IMG/VR virus record: IMGVR_UViG_3300021957_000035
Location: 1-60,823 of that record
Direction: 5' to 3' (one strand)
Source: a virus
Lineage: Duplodnaviria; Caudoviricetes
Length of the DNA stretch: 60,823 nucleotides
Shown: positions 1 through 7,654 of the stretch, one piece after another
How the letters are laid out: the number at the start of each line of letters is the position of its first letter
Position numbering within the stretch: position 1 is the stretch's first letter
Translations under genes and position numbers: made by a program
The notes under the pieces: model-generated
The model's database searches: none
Told to the model about the DNA's origin: nothing
What the model saw: only the letters and a program-made list of their open reading frames with translations

Positions 1-226
1 GTCTTAACCTTTCTATATCTTCCTCGTCTAACTTTTTACGAGAATAAGTTGTTGAGTAAACGCTAATTTGATAGTCAGGAAAGTTATACAAAGACATAAG
101 CTCATCTCTAATATTAGGAACTCGCCAGAAGTCATCTGTTTCTACTCTAAAATAATGTCGCCATTGAATCGAGTATTCATCAAATTGATTATGTCCCGAA
201 TTTTTTGCAATATTAATTATATACAT
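1..226 (-). CDS. hypothetical protein (3' end runs off the window)
   Basis: Read by hand: ATG at 226 (MYIINIAKNSG...), open to the window edge, directly downstream of 229..516. Confidence 0.6.
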   Translation of the reverse strand, partial: MYIINIAKNSGHNQFDEYSIQWRHYFRVETDDFWRVPNIRDELMSLYNFPDYQISVYSTTYSRKKLDEEDIERLR

Positions 227-228
227 TA

Positions 229-516
229 TTACCACCTTTCTGTAACATAATCTTCAGGGCCATAAAGGTCTTCCCATTCTTGTTCCCAATCAGGCTGACC
301 ATCATCATATTCTTCTTCTTCTTGAGGCTCATGGGTTTCAATATGTTCTAGCTTTTCTTCAAAAACTTTTACTTTATAACCCAAACCAGTTTGATGTTCG
401 ATAACATCCTCAACATAATGCCACTCACAACCTTCATGGGTTTGCCAAGAAACTTCTTTATCCCATTCTTTGTGCCAGTAATAAGAAATTATAGTATAAG
501 TTTTTTTACTTTTCAT
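229..516 (-). CDS. hypothetical acidic protein
   Basis: ORF in the tightly packed minus-strand run; C-terminal DDGQPDWEQEWED. Confidence 0.7.
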   Translation of the reverse strand: MKSKKTYTIISYYWHKEWDKEVSWQTHEGCEWHYVEDVIEHQTGLGYKVKVFEEKLEHIETHEPQEEEEYDDGQPDWEQEWEDLYGPEDYVTERW

Positions 517-706
517 TCCAAACTCCTAACCATGTTTGAGAGCGTTCTATTTCAAAAAGCTCAATTCTACCTATTGTACTGTCCTTTGCAAGTTCTTCTA
601 TTCTTTCGACAGCAGTTTCATAACCAATCCAACTGTCATAATAAGCTCCATCTATTGTTACTTCGTAGAAATAACTTGTTATAGTGTGATCATCCTGCAT
701 ATTCAA
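506..706 (-). CDS. hypothetical protein
   Basis: Overlaps both neighbours by a few nt, same strand. Confidence 0.6.
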   Translation of the reverse strand: MNMQDDHTITSYFYEVTIDGAYYDSWIGYETAVERIEELAKDSTIGRIELFEIERSQTWLGVWNEK

Positions 707-1130
707 TACAAGCCTCTACTGCTTCTTCTAAGGCCACATGTACTTCTGTTGCCATTGCAGTCATAAAAGGATTTAGACTATCACTAGGTGTTTTCCAAAG
801 TACTATTACTTTATTTTTCATATGAGCAAACATTACTTCTGCAGCAGTACCTTGCCCTTTAATTCCTGGCAAGTCTCGCATATCAACAAGTACTACTTCA
901 CAGCGAGCTATATCTCTTAAATCTTGTTTAAAGATTCTGTTAGCAATATTGCGGTCTAATCCTCTATCATTAAGTATCTGCTCATGATAGCTAATGCGCC
1001 TAGTAGGATCAAGAACTTTAATATCAGAGTCTCCAAGTTTATCGTGAGCATACCAACGCCATGACTTCATGTCTTGAGCGGTTAACCCCGCCATAGGGCC
1101 AGCTAAATATACACCTCTACACAGTTCCAT
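690..1130 (-). CDS. nucleoside 2-deoxyribosyltransferase-like protein
   Basis: VYLAGPM, DLRDIARCEVVLV and GTAAEV motifs typical of the NDT family. Confidence 0.8.
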   Translation of the reverse strand: MELCRGVYLAGPMAGLTAQDMKSWRWYAHDKLGDSDIKVLDPTRRISYHEQILNDRGLDRNIANRIFKQDLRDIARCEVVLVDMRDLPGIKGQGTAAEVMFAHMKNKVIVLWKTPSDSLNPFMTAMATEVHVALEEAVEACIEYAG

Positions 1131-1281
1131 CTTTTCTCATTACCTCGTAGTTGTTCAACATTGCAATACACATGTCTACTGTTTCTAAACTAACATTCAT
1201 TGTTCTACCCCAAGTAATCTCTCTTTTACTATCAGAGTGGTGAATGACAATAATTCCGTTTGATATTCTTCTGTAATACAT
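1117..1281 (-). CDS. small hypothetical protein (54 aa)
   Basis: Read by hand (MYYRRISNG...); AGAGG SD upstream; fills the gap. Confidence 0.55.
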   Translation of the reverse strand: MYYRRISNGIIVIHHSDSKREITWGRTMNVSLETVDMCIAMLNNYEVMRKDGTV

Positions 1282-1300
1282 AAGACCTCTTAATAAAATT

Positions 1301-1327
1301 GGGAGAGACCCAAACTGAATCTCTCCC
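1301..1327 (-). terminator. probable intrinsic terminator after ssb
   Basis: GGGAGAGATTCA-GTT-TGGGTCTCTCCC stem followed by AATTTTATT on the minus strand. Confidence 0.65.
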
Positions 1328-1335
1328 TAAGTTAA

Positions 1336-1869
1336 TTAAAATGATAAGTCGTCTTCTAGCTCACCTGATGATGAAAACTGATCTTCATCTACTACTTGAT
1401 TATCTGCTACTTTTACTACTTCCATGTCTACCATTGCAAAGTCATCTTCACGAGGCTTTGGTGTATATTCTTTAAGAGTAGTTACCTGAATAGCCATAAG
1501 CATTGAAGCTATACCTTTACGTCCTGCAATCTCATAGTCATACTGATAAATACGAATGTTACCTACTGAACCATTACCTAAGATATTAGGGTCAATAGGG
1601 CTTAAATCACCTCCCACTAAGTTAACGGGATTTTGTGGTTCTCCGTTAGCTTTCTTTGTTTTCTTCTTAAGACTCGCTTTATAGAACATTCCTTTATCAT
1701 CTTCATCAGGTTTGACGTTGATGTTAAGATCTTTCCACTCTTTAGCCTGTTTCTTGTCACGAGTACGAATCTGAACTTCCCATGTAGGGTTATCAGCATT
1801 AAACCGTGCATTAGGCTTTTTAGGGTCAAGTTTAGCAAAGAATAGTTCTACGTTGTTAAGAATAGCCAT
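1336..1869 (-). CDS. ssDNA-binding protein (T7 gp2.5-like)
   Basis: Beta-rich pattern, LGNGSVGNI motif, acidic tail ending DDLSF; a class-2 promoter lies upstream. Confidence 0.75.
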   Translation of the reverse strand: MAILNNVELFFAKLDPKKPNARFNADNPTWEVQIRTRDKKQAKEWKDLNINVKPDEDDKGMFYKASLKKKTKKANGEPQNPVNLVGGDLSPIDPNILGNGSVGNIRIYQYDYEIAGRKGIASMLMAIQVTTLKEYTPKPREDDFAMVDMEVVKVADNQVVDEDQFSSSGELEDDLSF

Positions 1870-1921
1870 AATATTTATTTCCTCTTGGATATATGTAAAT
1901 TAAGTTTTATTTGAACAATTG

Positions 1922-1940
1922 TTCTTTAACGTCAGGTATT
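1922..1940 (-). promoter_or_regulatory. phage RNAP promoter, class 2 (AATACCTGACGTTAAAGAA)
   Basis: One of six intergenic copies, all co-oriented with the genes. Confidence 0.8.
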
Positions 1941-1942
1941 TT

Positions 1943-2173
1943 TTATTTAATAATATCAACTAGTTCATCGATATTATCATCGTACATTTCCATGTAAAAG
2001 TCGTCATCAGACTCATGCATGTTTACACCAGAACACATGGCACCAAAACCGTCTTCAAATACATCAGTAACAGTTGCAGTTGGTATTTCTGGCATTGTTT
2101 CAAAAGCTTTTATTCGGATAATGCTACCTTCTTTAAGCAAAGGCAAAGTCCGACTTAAGGACGTCTCTGACAT
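1943..2173 (-). CDS. hypothetical protein
   Basis: ORF following the RNAP gene; start uncertain. Confidence 0.55.
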   Translation of the reverse strand: MSETSLSRTLPLLKEGSIIRIKAFETMPEIPTATVTDVFEDGFGAMCSGVNMHESDDDFYMEMYDDNIDELVDIIK

Positions 2174-4295
2174 TTAAGTTTCCTTTCTCTGGAATTAAAT
2201 CTTCTGAATCTAGTTGCTGCAGAATATTCTCAAGAGGCAAGCTCTCATAAAGTTCTACAAACTTTTCTCTAACATGATAAAACATCTTATCCATGTTACC
2301 TGCATGACAACCAAAAGAGTCATGTACTACAGTAGTTGGATAGTCTGCATCATGTATACACATAGTTAAGTGTACAGCATCAAGACTATGAACCACATTA
2401 GGTGCAGCACCAGTCTTCTGTTTAGTTTCATTTACAGTTGTTTCTTCCCACACTTGAAGCTGTACTTTAAGAATATCTTCACCGTACTTAAGCTCTGTGC
2501 GCTTATTAGTAGGCTTTCGATAGGCTTGTACAACAGGAAATCCAGTAACAGGGGAAATCCAACTCATATGAACTTTCTTCTTGTTAGCTCTCTCTGCTAA
2601 ACTCTGAAACATCTTAAGTAGCTTTGCTGGCCCCTTAAGCTCTTCATAACAGGTCTTATACACCAGAGCGCCAAGGAGTGCGCCCCAGAGATGCTCTTTG
2701 TCTCTTAGATAGGTAGATATATCTCTAGTGTCTTCTATTACCTGCTGGCCCATACCGTAGGACGTACCACCATAGCCTAGAGTCATTACATTTCTCTTAA
2801 CAGTCTTACGTTGAATTTTCTTATCTTGAATATTCAACCAGTATGTCGGAAATAATTTTTCTCGTAGGTCACGGTTTTGATTACGCCATGTTTGAGCAGT
2901 CTTAAAGGCTACAGACTTTCTTTCAGACTTATCAGGGGCAGTTTCATATTCTCTTTGAAGACTAACAGCTGTTTTAAATACTGCATCAAATTGGTTTTCA
3001 ACAGAAGTATCTCGTTTACGTTCTAAGTTTTCCCATACCTTTTCTGCTATAAACATATAAACATCTCCAGGCAACTCACTTGGAACAAGATTTACTAAAG
3101 GTGCTACTTCATCGTCTTGAGACATAGCTACAAGGTGTTGAACGCCGTTATTAGAACCATCAATGTAAACTGGAAGACAAGAAGGAAAGTCTTCTATATT
3201 TCCCTCCCACTCTGTTAACATTTTAATTTCATAACAAGCGGCAAGAAAGCTAAATGGTTTATCTGCTTTCATCCAGTCAGTGCTTGTCATTGGGTTTGTA
3301 GCATACTCAATAAACGTTTTTGCATTGTCTATTACAAACTGTACTCGATCATCTAGACTTACTTTGTCATTACCCCAAATGTTTGCAGTATGAACATAAA
3401 GCCAATAAACACCGTTTTCCCCTAGCGGTACAGGTTCGTCTAGCATTAAGATGCCTTTAGCATTGTCACTAGACTGCTCATGTAAGAACGCTGTATTAGG
3501 GTAAATACGGCCTCGGAAGTCGAGGTTATACAAGTGATAGAAAGGCTTGCCTACGTGCTTCTCTGCAAGTCTCTGAATAGCTTCTGCTTCAATGATTAAC
3601 GAGGCCCGTTTAATCGGATCAATCTCTTTAGTAAATTTAAAGGGATTAACTTCAGAGTGCATACACGCTTTGTACGTATCAAATACAAAGTTATTAATAC
3701 GCCAACCTGTATGATTAAGTCTATTAAGAGTGTCTACAATATAAGTCATATCACTATTTTCAAAGTGATTTAAAGCTGCTTCGTAGCCTTTTTTAATTAC
3801 ACTTATACCTGTTACTTCGTGATACGGGTCTTTATGCCAGTTTTCAGCAGGTGTGTTAACTGGAAACATATCACATTTCTCAATGTCTACTAAGTCCATA
3901 AGCTCTTTAATAGCTTTCCAGTCTTTAGCAAACAAGAAATAAGATCTATGCTTATCTTTTTTACCGTTTTTATAAGTATGTTTTTTACGATAACCTAGTA
4001 TACCTAACTCAATGTAGCTAATAATTACAAACCAACCACCTTGAACGTCTAGTACACTATTTTGTTTTTGTCTAAGTTTTTGTCTAAGTCGTCTGCCAAT
4101 ACTAGATGCGACTTCTACTAGAGTTGCTTTTCTCTCTAACCCTTTTAGTATGTGTGAATAAGAAAATTCAATAATATCTCTAGGTGACATTGTGTCTAAG
4201 AAACTTGCGGATTGTCTCTTATCTAATGATTTTTGTCGATATTCCAGATCTTCAGTTAATAGGTCTAGAATGGTTTTTTCTTCCATATATGTCAA
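2133..4295 (-). CDS. single-subunit T7/T3-type DNA-directed RNA polymerase (720 aa)
   Basis: DFRGRIYP; motif A IDGSNNGVQH; motif B RKTVKRNVMTLGYG; PNVVHSLDA; motif C VHDSFGCH. Confidence 0.97.
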   Translation of the reverse strand: MTYMEEKTILDLLTEDLEYRQKSLDKRQSASFLDTMSPRDIIEFSYSHILKGLERKATLVEVASSIGRRLRQKLRQKQNSVLDVQGGWFVIISYIELGILGYRKKHTYKNGKKDKHRSYFLFAKDWKAIKELMDLVDIEKCDMFPVNTPAENWHKDPYHEVTGISVIKKGYEAALNHFENSDMTYIVDTLNRLNHTGWRINNFVFDTYKACMHSEVNPFKFTKEIDPIKRASLIIEAEAIQRLAEKHVGKPFYHLYNLDFRGRIYPNTAFLHEQSSDNAKGILMLDEPVPLGENGVYWLYVHTANIWGNDKVSLDDRVQFVIDNAKTFIEYATNPMTSTDWMKADKPFSFLAACYEIKMLTEWEGNIEDFPSCLPVYIDGSNNGVQHLVAMSQDDEVAPLVNLVPSELPGDVYMFIAEKVWENLERKRDTSVENQFDAVFKTAVSLQREYETAPDKSERKSVAFKTAQTWRNQNRDLREKLFPTYWLNIQDKKIQRKTVKRNVMTLGYGGTSYGMGQQVIEDTRDISTYLRDKEHLWGALLGALVYKTCYEELKGPAKLLKMFQSLAERANKKKVHMSWISPVTGFPVVQAYRKPTNKRTELKYGEDILKVQLQVWEETTVNETKQKTGAAPNVVHSLDAVHLTMCIHDADYPTTVVHDSFGCHAGNMDKMFYHVREKFVELYESLPLENILQQLDSEDLIPEKGNLNVRDVLKSDFAFA

Positions 4296-4443
4296 TTTCC
4301 TTTAGTTAGGGCATTAAGCTATTGCTTCCCTTATGAGGAACTTTATTAACAATTATTTGTTTTGAATTATCATTACGACAATTAAATAAATAGCAATAAT
4401 TGTTAACATTATATCTTTCAAAAAAAAAAAAAGTTTTATTAAA

Positions 4444-4468
4444 CCCCCACCCCCGAAGGGGTGAGGGG
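4444..4468 (-). terminator. intrinsic terminator-like hairpin (UUCG loop)
   Basis: CCCCTCACCCC-TTCG-GGGGTGGGGG then TTTAATAAAAC and a long T run. Confidence 0.75.
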
Positions 4469-4475
4469 AATTTTA

Positions 4476-4727
4476 TTATCCTTCTAAACGAGGATTAATT
4501 GTATCAAGTGTTTTAATCCAGTTACGGATTGATTTTACACAGCAACCTATTTCAAAGGCTACGCTATGGATACTTTCGCCGTTAACTACACGGCTTGCTG
4601 CAATTACACGATCGCCATTATTCCAACCTTTTGTTTTAGTTTTAAAGTAATAAGGTTGACCATGTTTAATCACGTAGTTGAAACTCTTTGTAAGTTCAGC
4701 GATAGTCGGTGTATTAGAAATAGTCAT
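4476..4727 (-). CDS. small helix-turn-helix DNA-binding protein
   Basis: ATG at 4727 with AGGAG SD; C-terminal GESIHSVAFEIGCCVKSIRNW fits an HTH. Confidence 0.65.
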   Translation of the reverse strand: MTISNTPTIAELTKSFNYVIKHGQPYYFKTKTKGWNNGDRVIAASRVVNGESIHSVAFEIGCCVKSIRNWIKTLDTINPRLEG

Positions 4728-4736
4728 TATAGTTCT

Positions 4737-4858
4737 CCTAGCTAGGGTTGATATCAGCTGTGCAGCTGAAAAGACCCACTGCAAGCAATGGGCAAGTTAA
4801 ACTACACAGGGAGGAGTTTCCATGAAACTCAAAATACTCTTCGAAAAGAGTATGTAGT
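4737..4858 (-). ncRNA. candidate structured RNA or leader (five adjacent hairpins or palindromes)
   Basis: Inverted repeats at 4834-4853, 4814-4830 (both closed by 4801-4805/4854-4858), 4775-4792, 4754-4769 and 4737-4746. Confidence 0.45.
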
Positions 4859-4861
4859 GAT

Positions 4862-5047
4862 TCACGTTGGGGTATCAAAGTCGCCTTGCATTTCTGCAAT
4901 AGCATCAAAGATTTCCTCCATCTCAACTGTCGTATCAGGACAGTCTTCAGAGTAGTCAACATAAGTATGTGACCACTGTTGATCAATAGCTTTCACTAAG
5001 TTTGAGAAAGACATTGCTTCATAGTATTCAGGTGTTTTCTTAGTCAT
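4862..5047 (-). CDS. hypothetical early protein
   Basis: First ORF downstream of the class-1 motif at 5070-5095. Confidence 0.65.
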   Translation of the reverse strand: MTKKTPEYYEAMSFSNLVKAIDQQWSHTYVDYSEDCPDTTVEMEEIFDAIAEMQGDFDTPT

Positions 5048-5069
5048 ATTTAACCCTTTATGGTATCTG

Positions 5070-5095
5070 TTATAGATGCGTTATTTTTCTCACTT
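5070..5095 (-). promoter_or_regulatory. candidate early promoter, class 1 (AAGTGAGAAAAATAACGCATCTATAA)
   Basis: 25/26 identical to 7577-7602; mostly intergenic and upstream of a gene start. Confidence 0.7.
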
Positions 5096-5482
5096 ATAGA
5101 AGATGTGCTTACCAAGCTTAAACAGCATAGTGTGATGCTTAGCCCAGTATGGATTCACATAGTCTGCATGATAGTGAGTTGCGCCTTTTACATCTAAGGT
5201 AATTTCGTTATCAATAACCATTTGAGCAATCAACTGGCTGTCTCTCCAAGCTACTCTATCGACTTTAGCTGTAAATCTAGTAGGGTCATCATGTTTACCA
5301 TCGTGAGTCCAACTAAATTGTTTTTTATCCCAGACAACAGCACAAATATTGTCTGGGTGTTTTGGTGATTCAACACGGTTCATAGTAACTTCTGCGATAG
5401 CTACTTTCCCCATTAAATCTTCACCTCTACCTTCAAAGAAGATATTTAAAGCCAAACATGTGGCTGCTGCTGTAAGTAACAT
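5090..5482 (-). CDS. cell wall hydrolase (SleB / Hydrolase_2 family)
   Basis: CLALNIFFEGRGE, QFSW, GATHYHADYVNPYWA, GKHIFYK. Confidence 0.93.
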   Translation of the reverse strand: MLLTAAATCLALNIFFEGRGEDLMGKVAIAEVTMNRVESPKHPDNICAVVWDKKQFSWTHDGKHDDPTRFTAKVDRVAWRDSQLIAQMVIDNEITLDVKGATHYHADYVNPYWAKHHTMLFKLGKHIFYK

Positions 5483-5736
5483 TAGTCAATCATTCCTTTT
5501 TTGATTACTTCTTTACGTGTAAGCCAATTCATAAAGTTAAACAAATCTTGCATGTTTTCTAGCATGGTAGGATTTGCCCAATTAGCTTGGCCTTTATTGT
5601 GCCATGAAACTTCAAACCAAGGGTTAGAAGTCCAATCACACTTTATTACTGATACTTCGATATCATCAAAGTCTAGTAAGATTTGTTCATGGACATCTCC
5701 TTCCATGACGGTAAAAAATTCATTAAACTCAGCCAT
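5482..5736 (-). CDS. hypothetical protein
   Basis: AGGAG SD; stop overlaps the next start. Confidence 0.65.
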   Translation of the reverse strand: MAEFNEFFTVMEGDVHEQILLDFDDIEVSVIKCDWTSNPWFEVSWHNKGQANWANPTMLENMQDLFNFMNWLTRKEVIKKGMID

Positions 5737-5748
5737 GCTCTTGCTCCT

Positions 5749-6147
5749 TTAGCCGCCAGCGATTTCATTCCATATTCGTTTGTCCTTGTGCATAGTATAG
5801 CCTTCAGGACGGTAAAAGTTTTCCATATCTAAGGCTTCTTTGCGAGAAAGACCTTTATGTAATACTTGTAAACCTATTTGTTCTTTTCTCCAAAACTTTT
5901 CTAACATTTGAAGAACAAATCTTTTCTTAGATCTAAGCCCTAAATTTACTTCACGTAATTCTAGTATATAGCGTTGAATAATATCATCATCAGTGTTATA
6001 AGGGCAAATACCTACATAACCCCAACGAGGGCTTTTTCCATACCAGCCTTGTGTGTTGCCAGTATAGAAAAAATGATATACCTTGTAATCTTTAGTTTTA
6101 CAAGTTTCGTGATGAATTCGCATCTTATCAGAATACCATTTAGCCAT
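5749..6147 (-). CDS. hypothetical protein, possibly GIY-YIG-like
   Basis: VY...YVG...R...EALDME pattern, weak. Confidence 0.45.
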   Translation of the reverse strand: MAKWYSDKMRIHHETCKTKDYKVYHFFYTGNTQGWYGKSPRWGYVGICPYNTDDDIIQRYILELREVNLGLRSKKRFVLQMLEKFWRKEQIGLQVLHKGLSRKEALDMENFYRPEGYTMHKDKRIWNEIAGG

Positions 6148-6272
6148 TATTTGTTTTCCTTTATTAAATGCTGAATACCAAACATTATCCCTGCTGTAAT
6201 GATTCCGGCAAAACTAATAGCAAGAAGCAAAGATGTTGTTACAATCGTAAGTATTATTACAGCCTCAACCAT
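6147..6272 (-). CDS. small membrane protein (41 aa)
   Basis: Read by hand, MVEAVIILTIVTTSLLLAISFAGIITAGIMFG...; coupled to both neighbours. Confidence 0.55.
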   Translation of the reverse strand: MVEAVIILTIVTTSLLLAISFAGIITAGIMFGIQHLIKENK

Positions 6273-6462
6273 TTTCTTTTTCCTCTTCAGTGCGGAAGTA
6301 TTGAACTAATCTTAACTCATCAAGCTTAGAACGATATTTAGAAACAGAATCATACGCATCTGTATATTCTATTTTATCTTTCCAATGTTCTATCTCTTGC
6401 AAGATATCTTCATCAGACCAAGGTTGATAAACAGCTAACAAATGTTTTCCCCAACTTTCCAT
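6265..6462 (-). CDS. hypothetical protein
   Basis: Packed minus-strand ORF. Confidence 0.6.
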   Translation of the reverse strand: MESWGKHLLAVYQPWSDEDILQEIEHWKDKIEYTDAYDSVSKYRSKLDELRLVQYFRTEEEKENG

Positions 6463-6816
6463 CTATACCCCCATCGCAGATTCAATTTCAACAATAGTTT
6501 TCTTATCGCCACCCGTAAAGGTGACGTAAGAATCGTCTTCTGCCCAACAATGCAAATAAGACTCAAAAAAGTCTTTAGTAGGTTTGTATTCAGTAAACGT
6601 ACCGTGAATACTATCCCCTTCACACAAACTCTGTACAGTCACCAAATGAGGAGGTACCTCATCAAAGACTAAGCATACTACTGCACCTTTAGAGTACATA
6701 GCAGCTTTTTCATATGACTCACACCAATGAGTTATAGAACGTACTTGTTTACCCTCAAGCAGTTGTTGAGCTTCGGCGCGAGTTGTGCCTCTATATAGTC
6801 TTAAAACAACAGTCAT
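6463..6816 (-). CDS. possible ADP-ribosyltransferase-fold protein
   Basis: LYRG ... THWCES..KAAMY ... TEY resembles the R-S-E layout of ARTs. Confidence 0.45.
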   Translation of the reverse strand: MTVVLRLYRGTTRAEAQQLLEGKQVRSITHWCESYEKAAMYSKGAVVCLVFDEVPPHLVTVQSLCEGDSIHGTFTEYKPTKDFFESYLHCWAEDDSYVTFTGGDKKTIVEIESAMGV

Positions 6817-7103
6817 ATTTTTTTCCTCTTGGTTGATGTTGTAATTAAAGATGAAGTAGCTCGAAGTAATTCAGGTAAAAACAAACCTGTTATTACAAAA
6901 CCATTTATATACTCTAAATGAGCATATTCTTCATCTAATGAAAAATAATATACTATAGCAATAGCGCCAAGTATAGGTGGTAAAGAAGGAGTGTTTTTTA
7001 TTTTAAACACTTTTCCAATTGTTATCATAAACAAAATAACAATTATAAATCGCAATACTATTCCAAATAATACTGCAAAAGTTGAATCAATTACTATATT
7101 CAT
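6813..7103 (-). CDS. membrane protein
   Basis: About three hydrophobic segments. Confidence 0.6.
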   Translation of the reverse strand: MNIVIDSTFAVLFGIVLRFIIVILFMITIGKVFKIKNTPSLPPILGAIAIVYYFSLDEEYAHLEYINGFVITGLFLPELLRATSSLITTSTKRKKI

Positions 7104-7126
7104 TTTTAGTTTCCACTTGGTTTATT

Positions 7127-7144
7127 AAGCGACCGAAGCCGCCT
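7127..7144 (-). other. cUUCGg RNA hairpin
   Basis: AGGCGGC-TTCG-GTCGCTT with G-U pairs; intergenic. Confidence 0.55.
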
Positions 7145-7155
7145 ACTTTCGAATA

Positions 7156-7527
7156 TTAAACTTCACTATTTTCATTATAGAAATAGTTAGCAAGTTTTCC
7201 GTAAGTGTCGGACGCTAAGTTTGAAGCAGACGCGTAAGTATCAGATACAAACTCGGAAGTGTTTTCTGCAACATCGTACTCGTCAAAAACATAGCACGTA
7301 CCATCTACGGCTAAAAGACTGCCACCAACAACAGCACCAGTAACTGCGCCGTTAACAACTGCAATAGCAGGATTTCCGGTAGCTAATAAGGCAATGCCGC
7401 CGGATAACACAGCTGAACTTTTAACAGAGCCAGCAATGTCAACTCTTTCAACCCAGCTGCATATTCCAGCAGAAGCGGCAGTAGTAAGTGCAATAGTAGT
7501 AATGATAGATGCGATAAAAGTTTTCAT
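7156..7527 (-). CDS. exported or membrane protein
   Basis: ATG at 7527 with GAGG SD; signal-peptide-like MKTFIASIITTIALTTAASAG and a Gly-rich hydrophobic hairpin. Confidence 0.65.
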   Translation of the reverse strand: MKTFIASIITTIALTTAASAGICSWVERVDIAGSVKSSAVLSGGIALLATGNPAIAVVNGAVTGAVVGGSLLAVDGTCYVFDEYDVAENTSEFVSDTYASASNLASDTYGKLANYFYNENSEV

Positions 7528-7576
7528 TTGGATTTCCTCTCTGGTTTCCACTTGGTTTACTGAACTTATTAGTTCA

Positions 7577-7602
7577 TTATAGATGCGTTGTTTTTCTCAC
7601 TT
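7577..7602 (-). promoter_or_regulatory. candidate early promoter, class 1 (AAGTGAGAAAAACAACGCATCTATAA)
   Basis: Immediately after the tape-measure terminator, heading the small-gene block; near-identical copy at 5070. Confidence 0.7.
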
Positions 7603-7622
7603 TTTTAGCTGACTTTTTTGAT

Positions 7623-7649
7623 AAAAAAGGCCACTCCGAAGAGTGACCC
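7623..7649 (-). terminator. intrinsic terminator ending the structural operon
   Basis: GGTCACTC-TTCG-GAGTGGCC-TTTTTT. Confidence 0.9.
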
Positions 7650-7654
7650 TATAG

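Noticed and set aside
4737-4858. tRNA or hammerhead ribozyme reading of the hairpin cluster
   Set aside because: No T-loop GTTCRA, D-loop or CCA layout, and no CUGANGA core
4738-4986. 82-aa minus-strand ORF and the extended 4784 start of the HTH gene
   Set aside because: Overlaps the better ORF 4862..5047 and the hairpin cluster; the SD supports ATG 4727
6520-6533. Plus-strand GGTGACGTAAGAAT resembling the class-2 promoter
   Set aside because: Inside a CDS, opposite orientation, wrong spacing
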